From positions 32,001 to 96,000 of the forward strand of contig JANRJK010000014.1 in NCBI GenBank assembly GCA_033764015.1: a stretch of DNA of 64,000 nucleotides, in the 5' to 3' direction. Shown piece after piece: positions 1 to 10,137 of this stretch (position 1 is the stretch's first letter; each line of letters begins with the position of its first letter). A program made the translations under genes and the position numbers. The notes under the pieces are model-generated. The model was not told where the DNA came from. It saw nothing but the letters and a program-made list of their open reading frames with translations, and made no database searches. The stretch is from Candidatus Sumerlaeia bacterium. Lineage in GTDB: Bacteria > Sumerlaeota > Sumerlaeia > SLMS01 > JANRJK01.

Positions 1-1
1 C

Positions 2-862
2 TGGTGCGATCTGTGGTCCTCCAACGGCGGCCTCTACGACATGAGCCAGTGGCCCGAGCCCCACCCCGACTGGACGCGCGACGGGCGACGCCACGCGCAC
101 CGCGCGCTGCAGCGCTGGGAGGAGCGCCTCGAGGAACGCTCCGCCCGCGACGCCGACGCGGTGACGATCATCTCCTCCTGGATGCGCGGCGAAACTCGCC
201 GGCTCGGTGTGCCGGACGACCGCGTGCACCTGTACGGCTCCGGCGCCGACACGCGCCGCGTCGCGGTGCTCGACAAGGTCGCCAGCCGCGTGCGGCTCGG
301 CGTGCCCGCGCAGGCGCCGATGCTCGGCTACGCGGCGAACTACTCGCATGACAGCATGATGCTCGAGGAGGCGCTCGAGCGGGTCTGGCGCGCCCGCCCG
401 GACGCGTTCTTCCTCACCGCGGGGCCGCGCTTCTGGCGCGATGGCGGGCCGATCGCGCGCGCGCTCGCGGAGGGCCGCGCCATGGACCGCGGCCGCGTGC
501 CGTTCAGCGAAATCCCCGCGGTGCTCGGCGCGTCGGACGCGCTCGTGCTCCCGATGCGCGACACGCGGTTCAACTGGAGTCGCTGGCCGCACAAGTTCGG
601 CGACTACCTCGCGGCGGGGCGCCCCGTCGCGATCACGCGGATCGGCGACTGCGCGCGCGACGTCGAGGAGCACCGGCTGGGAGCGGTCGGGGCGCCGACC
701 GCGGATGGGCTCGCGGCGGCGTTGCTCGACGTGCTGGCGCGACGCGACGAGTGGGCGGCGATGGGAGCGCGCGCGCGGCGGTTGGCGGAGACCAGCCATT
801 CGTGGCCTGCGCGCTTCGAGGGGTTGGCGGATTTCCTGCGGGGGAAGGGGCTTCCGGTTTAG
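2..862 (+). CDS. Glycosyltransferase family 4 (GT-B) protein, 5'-truncated by window edge
   Basis: Frame is open from position 2. C-terminal GT-B motifs GRVPFSEIPAVLGASDALVLP and PHKFGDYLAAGRPV; ends with ARARRLAE..HSW. Confidence 0.85.
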   Translation, partial: WCDLWSSNGGLYDMSQWPEPHPDWTRDGRRHAHRALQRWEERLEERSARDADAVTIISSWMRGETRRLGVPDDRVHLYGSGADTRRVAVLDKVASRVRLGVPAQAPMLGYAANYSHDSMMLEEALERVWRARPDAFFLTAGPRFWRDGGPIARALAEGRAMDRGRVPFSEIPAVLGASDALVLPMRDTRFNWSRWPHKFGDYLAAGRPVAITRIGDCARDVEEHRLGAVGAPTADGLAAALLDVLARRDEWAAMGARARRLAETSHSWPARFEGLADFLRGKGLPV

Positions 863-1998
863 GAGAGCGGCTCGCTCTCGTGCGAGTCGGTCCCGCCATC
901 CGCCGCCGCCGCCGCGGCCGCAGCGGCGGCAGCGCCCTCGTTGGACGACTTCAAGTCCGCGTCGTCGTAGCAGACCCGGTTTCTCCCGAGATCCTTCGCG
1001 CGGTAGAGCTGTTCGTCGGAACGGCGGAAGAGTGTGTCGACGGTGTCGCCGGAGCGGAATTCGGCGACGCCGATGCTCGCGGTGAGGCGGATCGTCTTGT
1101 TGCCGAGGACAAGGTCGGAGGACTCCATGGTGCTACGGACGCGTTCGGCCAGGCGGATCGCGTCGTCGATACGCGTGTCCGGAAGGGCGACGGCGAACTC
1201 CTCGCCGCCCCAGCGGGCGACCAGATCCGAGTCGCGGCAGGTGACGCGGAGGATGCGGGCGAGGAACTTGAGCGCCTCGTCGCCGCAGTCGTGGCCGTAG
1301 GTGTCGTTCACGCGCTTGAAGTAGTCGGCGTCGATGAGCAGGAAGCTTAGGGGCACGCGCGCGCGCTGGGCGCGGGCCAAGTGCGAGCGCAGCAGCGCCA
1401 GGAGCTGCCGGCGGTTGTCGAGGCCGGTCAGCGAATCTCGCGTCGCGGACTCGTAGAGGGACTCCTCGTGCCGCAGCTCCGCCTCGTCACGGAGGAAGTA
1501 GCCGAGGACGGTGCGCCCGATGGTGATGCGGTCGCGCTCCTGCAGGCGGACCGTCTGGTTCGAGATGCGGCGCCCGTTGATCTCGGTGCCGTTGCGGCTG
1601 CCGAGGTCCTCGATGAAGCAGCGGGGGACGAGGTTCGCGCGGTCGTGGTTCTCGTAGGTGATGCGCGCATGGGCGCGCGAGCAGCCCGTGTCCGAGATGC
1701 GGAAGTCGGCGTTGCCGCCGCGCCCGATCACCGTCGTCAGCTTCGTCAGCGGAATGTGCGCGCCGCGGCTGGGGCCCGCGATGCCGATCAGGACGGGGCG
1801 GAAGATGGAGGGGCCGAAGGCGCCCGAACTGCCGCTGCGCACCGACGACAGGGCGCCCGATTCGGTTCGCTCAGCGGCTTCATAGGACGAGTCGTTGGTC
1901 GATTCTTCGACGTTCCGCTTGGTCACGGGCCTGCTGGTGGGTTCACCGGTCCTTGGTTTCGAATCGCGAGTAGACGGTGGACGGGGAGCAACCGTCAA
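859..1998 (-). CDS. FHA domain + GGDEF diguanylate cyclase
   Basis: FHA motifs IGRG, SRAHA, DLGSRNGT. Cyclase motifs DSLTGLDNRR, DADYFKRVNDTYGH, ARWGGEEF, with an RDSD I-site just upstream. Start (TTG) uncertain. Confidence 0.93.
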   Translation of the reverse strand: MTVAPRPPSTRDSKPRTGEPTSRPVTKRNVEESTNDSSYEAAERTESGALSSVRSGSSGAFGPSIFRPVLIGIAGPSRGAHIPLTKLTTVIGRGGNADFRISDTGCSRAHARITYENHDRANLVPRCFIEDLGSRNGTEINGRRISNQTVRLQERDRITIGRTVLGYFLRDEAELRHEESLYESATRDSLTGLDNRRQLLALLRSHLARAQRARVPLSFLLIDADYFKRVNDTYGHDCGDEALKFLARILRVTCRDSDLVARWGGEEFAVALPDTRIDDAIRLAERVRSTMESSDLVLGNKTIRLTASIGVAEFRSGDTVDTLFRRSDEQLYRAKDLGRNRVCYDDADLKSSNEGAAAAAAAAAAADGGTDSHESEPLS

Positions 1999-2090
1999 GA
2001 GGCAAAGCGCCGTATATCCGGCACCCGAACCCGGGGAACCCCGCAGAAGAATGTCGGGGAGATTGCGGAGACGCTAGCGGTGGGAGCGCC

Positions 2091-2792
2091 CTACTCGCTC
2101 GCGCGGCGCCCGAAAATCAGGTCTGTGGCGAAGTACGCGACCGACGCCCAGGACAGGAATCCAAGAAGGAACAGGAGCGTGCGCCCGAAAAAGTCGAGCT
2201 CCTTGAAGAAGTCCGGCTGCGGGAGGACCGACGTGGCGACGAACAGGTAGAACACGGCGATCAGCGGCAGGAAGGTGAGCATCAGCAGGGTCGCGACGCG
2301 GAAGCCGCCCTGGATCGCCGAGTTCGGCGCGGCGGCCTTGCGGCCCCCGAGGTCCGGCATCCGGCTAATCGCCAAGTCGACGTCCTCGCCCGAGGCGATG
2401 ACCGGAACAACTTCCTTCTCGAAGGCGGTCTCGACCAGCGTGCGTCCTTCCAGATTCGTGGGGTCCTCCATCGCGACGAGGACACGGCTCGCGCCCTCCA
2501 TCCGAAGGGGAACGAAGCGGTGGCGGCGGCACTGTTCGGAGGAAACGAAGCCGGAGACCTCGGGCCGGGGCGCGATGTCGCGCAGGGAGATGACGTCCAG
2601 CTTGCAGTGGTCGCGCAGGAACTTGAGCTTCTCGCGCTCCGTGAGGACGCCATGCTCGACGAGCATGCGCATGAGGGGGCGCCCGTTGACGGAGGCCTCC
2701 TGTCGCGCGCGCTCCAGTTCGTCCGGCGCGACAAGCCGGGCCGCCAGCAGTCCCTGCTCGAGGCGGTCCAACGCGGGTTTCGGTTCCTTCAT
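2091..2792 (-). CDS. GSPII_N/MshEN-like (PilB/GspE N-terminal) domain protein with two C-terminal TM helices and no ATPase domain
   Basis: RLEQGLLAARLV..ELERA and PLMRMLVEHGVL repeats; FVPL..VLVAMEDP..VVPVIAS as in the GspE/PilB N-domain; two hydrophobic segments at the C-terminus. Confidence 0.75.
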   Translation of the reverse strand: MKEPKPALDRLEQGLLAARLVAPDELERARQEASVNGRPLMRMLVEHGVLTEREKLKFLRDHCKLDVISLRDIAPRPEVSGFVSSEQCRRHRFVPLRMEGASRVLVAMEDPTNLEGRTLVETAFEKEVVPVIASGEDVDLAISRMPDLGGRKAAAPNSAIQGGFRVATLLMLTFLPLIAVFYLFVATSVLPQPDFFKELDFFGRTLLFLLGFLSWASVAYFATDLIFGRRASE

Positions 2793-3057
2793 GGTCGCTG
2801 CTCCGCCCATCAACCTGCTCCTCGGCCTGCCCCGGCGGGAGTGTTGGCGTTGCCCTGTTCGACTATGCCATCAAGAGTTCACTTATCTACGCTATAGACC
2901 GTCAACCGGAATGGGGTGGAAATCCGACGATAAAGCGGCATCGGTAGGATCTTGGAGTACGTTGAAGAGGCGAATACTAGACAAAACAGCTCTTGTTTCG
3001 CTTGCATATCGAGCCCCCGCTGGAGAAGCCTCCCAACACCCCCAGCCGGAGGCCGCC

Positions 3058-4176
3058 ATGAGCGACGCCCGCCTCGTCCCACACCTCGGCAAAGCACTCC
3101 GCCGCACCGCGCAGGCCCACCTCCGCGACTGGCTCGGGGCGCCCCCGCGCCCGCTCAAGCTCCGCATGGCGCTCACGAACCGCTGCAACTCGCGCTGCAT
3201 CATGTGCTCGATCTGGAAGTTCCAGGACAACTTCGCGCCGAGCATTCCCGGCGAGACGTCGCCGGACGACATCCGCCGCCTCGGCGAGCGGAGCCGCGAC
3301 TTCTTCTCCGAGCTGAACCACATCAGCCTGACCGGCGGCGAGGCGACGCTGCGCCGGGACCTGGTCGAGCTGCTCCGCGCCGTCGGCGAGGCGTTCCCGG
3401 GGCGCTCCGTCAGCTTGAACACGAACGGCTTCTCGCCGGCGAAGCTCCACCGGATCCTCGACGAGGCGTGCGAGTTCCTCCACGGCATCACGGTGACGAT
3501 CAGCTTGGACGGCATCGGCGCCACGCACGGCGTGGTGCGTGGCATGGGGTCGAAGGTCTACGACGCGGTGCGCGAGAGCATCGACGGCATCGTGGCGCGC
3601 CGCGAGGCCGGGCGGCCGATGGATGTCGAGGTCAACACGGTGATGACGAACGCGAACGCCGACCAGATGGCGCCGGTGCACGCGTTCTGCGCGGAGCGCA
3701 AGATCGCCTGGAACCCCATCTTCGTGATCAAGGGGCAGCTCTACCAGAACCAGAGCGGGCAGGACGACGCGCTGGTGCTTTCGCCGGATTCGCGGCGGCG
3801 CCTCACGGACGACATGCGCGCGATCGCCAAGGCGCGGCCCTCGGTCAAGAACTCCGAGACGCTCCGCCTCCTGGAGGAGGACGGACGGCGCGACTACGAC
3901 TGCTGGGCGGGGCGGCTGCTGCTGCTGATCGAGGAGAACGGCGACGTGTACCCGAACGGCGGCTGCCCGCCGGAGTTCAAGATCGGCAACATGCGCGACA
4001 CGGACTTCGACCTCGGCGCGCTGTTCGCGACGCCGCTGGCCCGCGAGGTGCTGGCGAAGGCGAAGGACTGCCGCGCCTGCGCGATCCCGTGCGAGTACAT
4101 GACGACGCTGCGCTACGCGGAGGCGCTGGAGGGCTGGCGCAAGACGCGCCGGGCGGCGGAGCTGGCGGGGGCCTGA
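3058..4176 (+). CDS. Radical SAM protein with SPASM/twitch-like C-terminus
   Basis: CNSRCIMC (CxxxCxxC), LTGGE, NTNG and ISLDG motifs; C-terminal DCWAG..GDVYP..IGN..CRAC..PC; GGAGG RBS before ATG 3058. Confidence 0.9.
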   Translation: MSDARLVPHLGKALRRTAQAHLRDWLGAPPRPLKLRMALTNRCNSRCIMCSIWKFQDNFAPSIPGETSPDDIRRLGERSRDFFSELNHISLTGGEATLRRDLVELLRAVGEAFPGRSVSLNTNGFSPAKLHRILDEACEFLHGITVTISLDGIGATHGVVRGMGSKVYDAVRESIDGIVARREAGRPMDVEVNTVMTNANADQMAPVHAFCAERKIAWNPIFVIKGQLYQNQSGQDDALVLSPDSRRRLTDDMRAIAKARPSVKNSETLRLLEEDGRRDYDCWAGRLLLLIEENGDVYPNGGCPPEFKIGNMRDTDFDLGALFATPLAREVLAKAKDCRACAIPCEYMTTLRYAEALEGWRKTRRAAELAGA

Positions 4177-4208
4177 GAGACCTCAGGGCCCCGCGGAGCG
4201 GCCCGCTC

Positions 4209-4577
4209 TTAGGCGGTGGCCGCAGCTTCGTCCTTCTTCTCGCGCAACGCGATCAGCTTGTTCATGGTGCGCACCACCATGAAGATCGAGAACGCCACGA
4301 TGAGGAAGTCCACCGTGGTGTTGATGAACATGCCGTAGCGGATGGCGACCTCGGCGGTCGTCTCGACGCCGTCCGCGCCAACCTCGGCCGCCTGGATGAT
4401 CAGCTTGAGCTGCTTGAAGTCCACGCCGCCGATCATCAGGCCGAGCGGCGGCATGATGATGTCGTTCACCAGCGAGTTGACGACCTTGGTGAACGCGCCG
4501 CCGACGATGATGCCGACGGCCATATCGACCGCGTTGCCTTTGACGGCGAAGGTTTTGAATTCCTGGACAAGGGACAT
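4209..4577 (-). CDS. mscL: Large-conductance mechanosensitive channel
   Basis: EFKTFAVKGNAVDMAVGIIVGGAFTKVVNSLVNDIIMPPLG and YGMFIN..DFLIVAFSIF. Confidence 0.97.
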   Translation of the reverse strand: MSLVQEFKTFAVKGNAVDMAVGIIVGGAFTKVVNSLVNDIIMPPLGLMIGGVDFKQLKLIIQAAEVGADGVETTAEVAIRYGMFINTTVDFLIVAFSIFMVVRTMNKLIALREKKDEAAATA

Positions 4578-4791
4578 GGTTGATTCCTGGGGGGCCCGCC
4601 GGGAGGGGCGGGCGCGGGATTCTGCGCGCGTCGCGGGACGCCGCTTCGCAGGATGCCGGTTGGCGTTGCGACAGGTGGTTGTGCGGCGAGGTAGGTGAAG
4701 CGTCAATGCCGACCCCGGCCGGGAAGCGGTTTAGCGCGGCGCGGGGCACTTCGACTTGCCCGCGCCCGGCCCCGACCGAAGCGTTGCGCCC

Positions 4792-5274
4792 ATGGCTCCC
4801 GAACTGCACCGTTTCTCCGACACCGTCCTGCTGCCCGCCTCGATCCACGAGGTCTTCGCCTTCTACACCGATGTGGACAACATGGTGCGGATGCTGAACC
4901 CCTCGCTGTTCGTGAAGGTGCGCCGCGCGGACCGGCCGATGAAGCTGGGCGCCCGCTACGAGTTCGACGTCGGCCCGCGCAACCTCCCCGTCACGATCCG
5001 CTGGTCGTCGGAGATCAGCGCCTTCGCGGCGCCCGCGCTCTTCGAGGACCGCCTGGTGGACGGGCCGTTCTCGCACTGGGTGCACCGGCACGAGCTGGTC
5101 GAGCGCGGCCCCGCGATGACGGAGATCGTCGACACGGTCGAGTTCGGCGCCGCCCGCGGCATGCTGGCGCGGACCGTCAATTCGCTCTTCATCGGCAAGA
5201 ACATCGAGGAGCTGTTCCGCTTCCGGCGCTCGGTCCTCGAGGAGCGCTTCGGCAAGGCGCCCGCCACCGCGTAG
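4792..5274 (+). CDS. SRPBCC (START-like) family protein
   Basis: EVFAFY..N; W.SEI..F; FED..VDGPF.HWVHRH; T.I.D.VEF pattern. Confidence 0.8.
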   Translation: MAPELHRFSDTVLLPASIHEVFAFYTDVDNMVRMLNPSLFVKVRRADRPMKLGARYEFDVGPRNLPVTIRWSSEISAFAAPALFEDRLVDGPFSHWVHRHELVERGPAMTEIVDTVEFGAARGMLARTVNSLFIGKNIEELFRFRRSVLEERFGKAPATA

Positions 5275-5283
5275 CCGCGCCGC

Positions 5284-6684
5284 TCAGTCCTCCGCCGTGC
5301 CGTCGTCCGCCATCCGCACGATGCGCGGGTGGAACGAGGCGAGCGCCTCGACCAGGTCCGCCTGCGCGGCCATCACCTGCTCGATCGGCTTGTAGGCCTG
5401 CGGCGCCTCGTCCACACCGGCGGAGAGCAGTTCGACGCCGCGCTCCTCGAGCCACTTCTTCATCGCGTTGCGCGTGATCGAGTTCTTCGCGGCGGTGCGG
5501 CTCATGGCGCGGCCCGCGCCGTGCGCCGCGGAGTCGAGGCTGTCCGGCGCGCCCTTGCCGCGCACGACGAAGCCCGGCGCGCCCATGCTGCCGGGGATCA
5601 CGCCCAGCACGCCCGCGCCCGCCGGCGTGGCGCCCTTGCGGTGCACCACCACCCGCTCGCCGCCGTGCTCCTCGATCCACGCGAAGTTGTGGTGGTTCTC
5701 GATCTGCAGCACGGGGTCGAGCCCCGCCGCGCGCAGCACGTGCCGGTGGATGCAGTCGTGGTTCGCGGCGGCGTACTCGCCCGCCAGCTCCATCGAGTTC
5801 CAGTACTGGTCGCCGAGGTCCGACCCGAGTTCGAGCCACGCGAGGCGCAGGTGCGACTTGGGCAGCTTCGAGCGGTCCATCGCCGCGCGCGAGAAGCGGT
5901 CCGCGATGGTGGCGCCGAAGCCGCGCGAGCCGGAATGCGACAGCAGCGCAAGGTACGCGCCGGGCTCGAGACCCAGCTCCGCGCGTTCGAGGCGTAGCTC
6001 GCCCCACTCGACGAAGTGGTTGCCGGAGCCCGACGTGCCGAGCTGCGCGCTCGCCTTTCCGTGGAGCTGGCGGATCTCCGTCGGCACGCGGTCCCAGATC
6101 GGCGAGTCGAGCACCGCGTGCTGGCGGCGCTCGCTCGCCTGGAACTCCGCGCCCGCGTTGAACCGCGTCTCGGACACGAGGGCCTTGCGCAACCGGTCGC
6201 GCCAGCCGCCGAGGCGCGAGGCGGGCTCGCCGACGATCGACAGCTTCATGCGGCAGGCGATGTCCACGCCGACCGCGTAGGGAATCACGGCGCCGCGCGT
6301 GGCGAGCACGCCGCCGATCGGCAGCCCGTAGCCGAGGTGGCCGTCGGGCATCTGCGCGCCGCGGACCGCGACCGGGAGCCGGCACGCGGCGTCCATCTGT
6401 TCCAGCGCGGCGGCGTCGATCTGCTCCGCGCCCCAAACGCGGTACGGCACGGCTTCCCCGCGGAGGACCGGGGCCCGCAGCGCCGCGAGGAGCGCGGCCA
6501 TTCCCGCCAGCCTGGCGTCCCGGTTCGCGGACGGGTCCGCGCGCAGCGACTCGAGGCGCGCCAGCGCGTCCTCCGGGGAGGCGCCCGCGGCGAGTTCGCC
6601 GCGCAGCCATTCGACCGCCGCGCCGAAGACGGGGCCGCCGGGCCACTGGATCGAAAGGAGCAGGGCGGATTCGCGGATTTCCAT
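5284..6684 (-). CDS. rtcB: RNA ligase, RtcB family
   Basis: MPDGHLGYGLPIGGV, GVDIACRM, LGTSGSGNHF, HSGSRG, NHHNF, HRKGAT, PGSMG, HGAGR, DEAPQAYK. Confidence 0.95.
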   Translation of the reverse strand: MEIRESALLLSIQWPGGPVFGAAVEWLRGELAAGASPEDALARLESLRADPSANRDARLAGMAALLAALRAPVLRGEAVPYRVWGAEQIDAAALEQMDAACRLPVAVRGAQMPDGHLGYGLPIGGVLATRGAVIPYAVGVDIACRMKLSIVGEPASRLGGWRDRLRKALVSETRFNAGAEFQASERRQHAVLDSPIWDRVPTEIRQLHGKASAQLGTSGSGNHFVEWGELRLERAELGLEPGAYLALLSHSGSRGFGATIADRFSRAAMDRSKLPKSHLRLAWLELGSDLGDQYWNSMELAGEYAAANHDCIHRHVLRAAGLDPVLQIENHHNFAWIEEHGGERVVVHRKGATPAGAGVLGVIPGSMGAPGFVVRGKGAPDSLDSAAHGAGRAMSRTAAKNSITRNAMKKWLEERGVELLSAGVDEAPQAYKPIEQVMAAQADLVEALASFHPRIVRMADDGTAED

Positions 6685-6763
6685 GATGACAGCGCGGAGG
6701 CGGCGCGTAAGGTGGCGTTGGAAGGTTGTTCCTTCCCCACGATTCCACCGCGGCGGCGGCTTC

Positions 6764-7873
6764 ATGTCGAGCGACACCGGAGGGCGCAGCGCTTTCTCCC
6801 CGTGGCAGCGGCGGCTCGACCCGTCGCTGGCGCGGGCGGAGTCGCTCGCGCCTTTCGCGGCGTTCCGCGCGGCGCGGGCGCGCGGGGGCCCGGCCCGGCG
6901 CCTGCGCGCGGACGCGGCGCTGGCGCTCCGCGAGTGCCGCCGCGCGTGGCGCTTGGCATTGCTGCTCGGGCCGGCGGCGCTGTGGCTGCTCGCGGGCTGG
7001 GCGCCGGTCGAAGCGTTCGTCGCGGCCGCCCTCGGCGCGCTCGCGACGGCGGGTTGGTGGGGCGCGGACCGGTCCGGACTGCTATCGGCCGCGCAGGAGC
7101 GCCCCCGCCGCGCGGATGGCCTGGTCGAGCTGCTCCTCGCGCCGCGGGGGCGCCGCGCCGAGCTGGAGGACCTTTGGCTCGCCGGCGCCGACGGGCGCGA
7201 ACTCGCCGAGTCCACCGCCGCGGAGTACCGCGAGCGCCTCGGGCCCTGGCTTTGGGCGCTGGTGCTCGCGCCCGGGCTCGCGGCGCCGTTCCATGCGTGG
7301 GGCGCGCTGGCCGACTCGGGCGCGGTCGCGGTTCTTGCGCTGCCCGCGGCGGCGCTGCTGGTGCTCGCGCTGCGGCGCTACGCCGAGACCGCCGCGCTGC
7401 TCGGCGCGTCGAACCTGCTGCTGGCGCTAGTGCGGCGCTGGACGGCGCGCACCAAGTCCGGCGTGCTGGACGAGATCGCCGCGCCGTTCGAGGAGCACCC
7501 GCTCGAAGTGCTTCTGGTAGGCGTGCTGCCCGTGATGGTGCTCCTTGGCGGGGGCGGCGTGGCGGTCGGCGCGTGGGCCGCGGGGGGCGCGATGACGGTG
7601 TTCGAAGTGGCCGCGGGCGTCGAAGTCGCCGGACGCTTCGCACTCGAGCGCGCGGCCGGCGCGGCGCTCGGCCTCGCGGCTCCGGCGGCGGCGCTCTGGT
7701 GCATGGCGTGGTGCCTCGAACACGGCGCGGACCGCCGCCGCGAGTGGCTGCTGTCCTTCGCCGACGAAGGCTTCCGCGCGTACTTCGCGCACGACGTGGC
7801 GGGCGAGGAGATCGCACCGCTCACGCGGCGGCAACTCCTCGGCGCCGGCGCGCTCCGCCCCGCGAGGGCGTAG
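6764..7873 (+). CDS. Hypothetical multi-pass membrane protein
   Basis: Several hydrophobic segments; fills the gap between rtcB and the convergent genes. No family recognised. Confidence 0.6.
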   Translation: MSSDTGGRSAFSPWQRRLDPSLARAESLAPFAAFRAARARGGPARRLRADAALALRECRRAWRLALLLGPAALWLLAGWAPVEAFVAAALGALATAGWWGADRSGLLSAAQERPRRADGLVELLLAPRGRRAELEDLWLAGADGRELAESTAAEYRERLGPWLWALVLAPGLAAPFHAWGALADSGAVAVLALPAAALLVLALRRYAETAALLGASNLLLALVRRWTARTKSGVLDEIAAPFEEHPLEVLLVGVLPVMVLLGGGGVAVGAWAAGGAMTVFEVAAGVEVAGRFALERAAGAALGLAAPAAALWCMAWCLEHGADRRREWLLSFADEGFRAYFAHDVAGEEIAPLTRRQLLGAGALRPARA

Positions 7874-7876
7874 GGG

Positions 7877-8470
7877 CTACTCGCCGGGGATGGCCTACCA
7901 GGCGTCGCCCATCTCGCGGCGTCTTCGCAGCGCAAGGCGCTGAAGGAAGAGCGGCGCCGCCAGCAGCGCGACTCCGGATGGCAGGCAGAGGAGACTCGAT
8001 GACTGTCCAAAGAGGCTGATGAAGCAGAGCGCCGTCGCCGCAATCGCCGCGCACAGCGCTGCGGTCGCGCCGCTGGCGATCACCGCCTGCAGGCCCCATG
8101 GCGTGTTCCGGTGCGCCATGAGCAGCAAGAAGCAGTAGGCGCTGAAGCCGATATATGCATAGCCCGCGGACCCGTACACGGTCATCAAGAACAACTTCGA
8201 AGCCTGCGGTGGCTGCGGGAAGTAGGTGATGAGGGCTAGCACGCCGATGGGTGCGGGAAAGATGCTCCACAACAGCGGACTGACCCGGCTCCAGAAGTGG
8301 TCGTGATAGAACTCCCGCGCTTGGGTGGTCGTGACGCGGAACTCGTCGCGGAATGCGTACGCGCGCGCCCGGCAGATCGCCCACGCCAACTACAGCGCGG
8401 CGGGCATCGCCGCCACCCAAGCGCCGAAATGTACGAAGCCAACCCTTAGAGCGAGCGCGTCGAGTCCCAT
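7877..8470 (-). pseudogene. Amber-interrupted paralog of the adjacent 8516-9094 membrane protein
   Basis: Reads MGLDALALRVGFVHFGAWVAAMPAAL*LAWAICRARAYAFRDEF...RRREMGDAW*AIPGE*, with in-frame TAG at 8390-8392 and 7895-7897. Shares AR.YA.RDE and RRRE.GDAW with its neighbour. Confidence 0.55.
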
Positions 8471-8515
8471 GCGGCCCAGGAGAGCGCAGACGCGCGCCCC
8501 GCGCGATCCGAGCGG

Positions 8516-9094
8516 CTACTCCACCCCGTACCACGCATCGCCGAGCTCGCGGCGGCGGGCCTCGGTTTTCCGGAGCGCGAACGCCACCACCCGCGCCGTC
8601 AGCAGCACGTAGACCCCGATCCACACGTAGACCGGAATGTCGGAGAGCTCGAGATAAACCGCGGCCAGCACGTACAGGAACGTCGCGGTGGCGACGCCGG
8701 CGGAGGCGATGGCGCAGCCCTGCGCGCCGAGCACGCCCCAGTGCAGCCCGGACGGCGCGCGGCGCACCGCCGCGAGCGCCCCGAGGACGGACACCGCCAG
8801 GATCCACGCCGCGTACAGGTTCAGCGCGAGCAACGGCCAGAGGTCGGTCGAGTCGAGGGCGATCATCGCGTTCGCCGCCAGCCAGAAGGAGCCCGGGTAG
8901 AGCACCCACGGGCGGAGCAGCTTGCGCAGGCGCCCGAAGAACCACTCGTCCATGGGCTTGGGTGTCGCGCGGTGCTCGTCGCGGGCCGCGTACTCCCGCG
9001 CCAGCAGCACCGCCCGCGCCCAGACCAGCGTCGGGCCGATGGCGAGCAGGAAGGTCAGCAGGGTGCCGAAGAGCAGGGCGGGAATGAAACGCAT
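8516..9094 (-). CDS. Hypothetical membrane protein (about 5 TM)
   Basis: [10 protein letters not shown]...[13 protein letters not shown]; hydrophobic helices; GC-rich codon usage. Confidence 0.7.
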   Translation of the reverse strand: MRFIPALLFGTLLTFLLAIGPTLVWARAVLLAREYAARDEHRATPKPMDEWFFGRLRKLLRPWVLYPGSFWLAANAMIALDSTDLWPLLALNLYAAWILAVSVLGALAAVRRAPSGLHWGVLGAQGCAIASAGVATATFLYVLAAVYLELSDIPVYVWIGVYVLLTARVVAFALRKTEARRRELGDAWYGVE

Positions 9095-9234
9095 GGCCGG
9101 AGGTTGCCCGGGGTGGCGGGCGGCGGCAAGGGCCGCGCCCCCGAACGCTTGACCCATCCGGGGGCGGGGCGCAGCGTAGCAGGCAGTTCGGCGCGGTCCG
9201 GCCGCGCCTTCCCATCCACGAGCAGGAACACGAC

Positions 9235-10128
9235 ATGTCCATTCTGGTCGATGATTCGACACGCCTCGTCATCCAGGGCATCACGGGCCGCGAGGGCCTT
9301 TTCCACGGCGAGCAGATGAAGGCCTACGGGACGAAGCTGGTCGCCGGGGTGACCCCCGGCAAGGGCGGGCAGACCGTGTTGGACGGCGTGCCGGTGTTCA
9401 ACACCGTGCGCGAGTCGGTGGAGAAGGCGGGCGCGAACACGTCGATCATCTACGTGCCGGCGAAGTTCGCCAAGGACGCCGCGCTCGAGGCGATCGAGTC
9501 CGGCGTGCGGCTCTTCATCCTCATCACCGAGGGCATTCCGACGCTCGAGATGATGCAGGTTTACCACGAGGCCAAGCGCGCCGGCGTCCGCTTCATCGGG
9601 CCGAACTGCCCCGGCGTCATCACGCCGGGGCAGGCGAAGTGCGGCATCATGCCGGGCCACATCCACAAGCCCGGGCGCGTCGGCCTCATCTCGCGCTCCG
9701 GCACGCTCACCTACGAAGTCGTCTGGGAAATGACCCAGGCCGGCATCGGGCAGTCGACCTGCGTGGGCATCGGCGGCGACCCCATCATCGGCACGACGCA
9801 CCGCGACGCGCTGATGCTCTTCGAGGACGACCCCGAGACGGACGCGGTGATCCTGATCGGCGAGATCGGCGGCTCGGACGAGGAGGAGGCGGCGCGTTTC
9901 GCGCGCGACCACATGACGAAGCCCGTGGTGGGCTTCATCGCCGGCCTGACAGCGCCGGAAGGCAAGCGCATGGGGCACGCCGGCGCGATCATCAGCGGCG
10001 GCAAGGGCACCGCGCAGGAAAAGCTCCGCATCATGCGCGAGTGCGGCATCCGCACGGCGGAACGCCCCGACCAGATCGTCGGGCTGGTGCAGGAAGCGCT
10101 GGCGGGGAAGATGGCGGGGGCGCGCTAA
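9235..10128 (+). CDS. sucD: Succinyl-CoA synthetase alpha subunit
   Basis: [47 protein letters not shown] (phospho-His). Confidence 0.97.
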   Translation: MSILVDDSTRLVIQGITGREGLFHGEQMKAYGTKLVAGVTPGKGGQTVLDGVPVFNTVRESVEKAGANTSIIYVPAKFAKDAALEAIESGVRLFILITEGIPTLEMMQVYHEAKRAGVRFIGPNCPGVITPGQAKCGIMPGHIHKPGRVGLISRSGTLTYEVVWEMTQAGIGQSTCVGIGGDPIIGTTHRDALMLFEDDPETDAVILIGEIGGSDEEEAARFARDHMTKPVVGFIAGLTAPEGKRMGHAGAIISGGKGTAQEKLRIMRECGIRTAERPDQIVGLVQEALAGKMAGAR

Positions 10129-10137
10129 GCCGCCCCC

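Noticed and set aside
898..935. GCC/GCG trinucleotide run encoding poly-Ala at the diguanylate cyclase C-terminus
   Set aside because: Imperfect, in-frame, low-complexity tail; no evidence of phase variation.
2793..4176. Radical SAM/SPASM gene as a RiPP maturase with a precursor in the AT-richer upstream gap
   Set aside because: No convincing short ORF with an RBS, and no RRE domain, transporter or peptidase nearby; the gap fits divergent promoters.
9235..10128. sucD without an adjacent sucC
   Set aside because: Split sucC/sucD arrangements are common; sucC is probably elsewhere in the genome.
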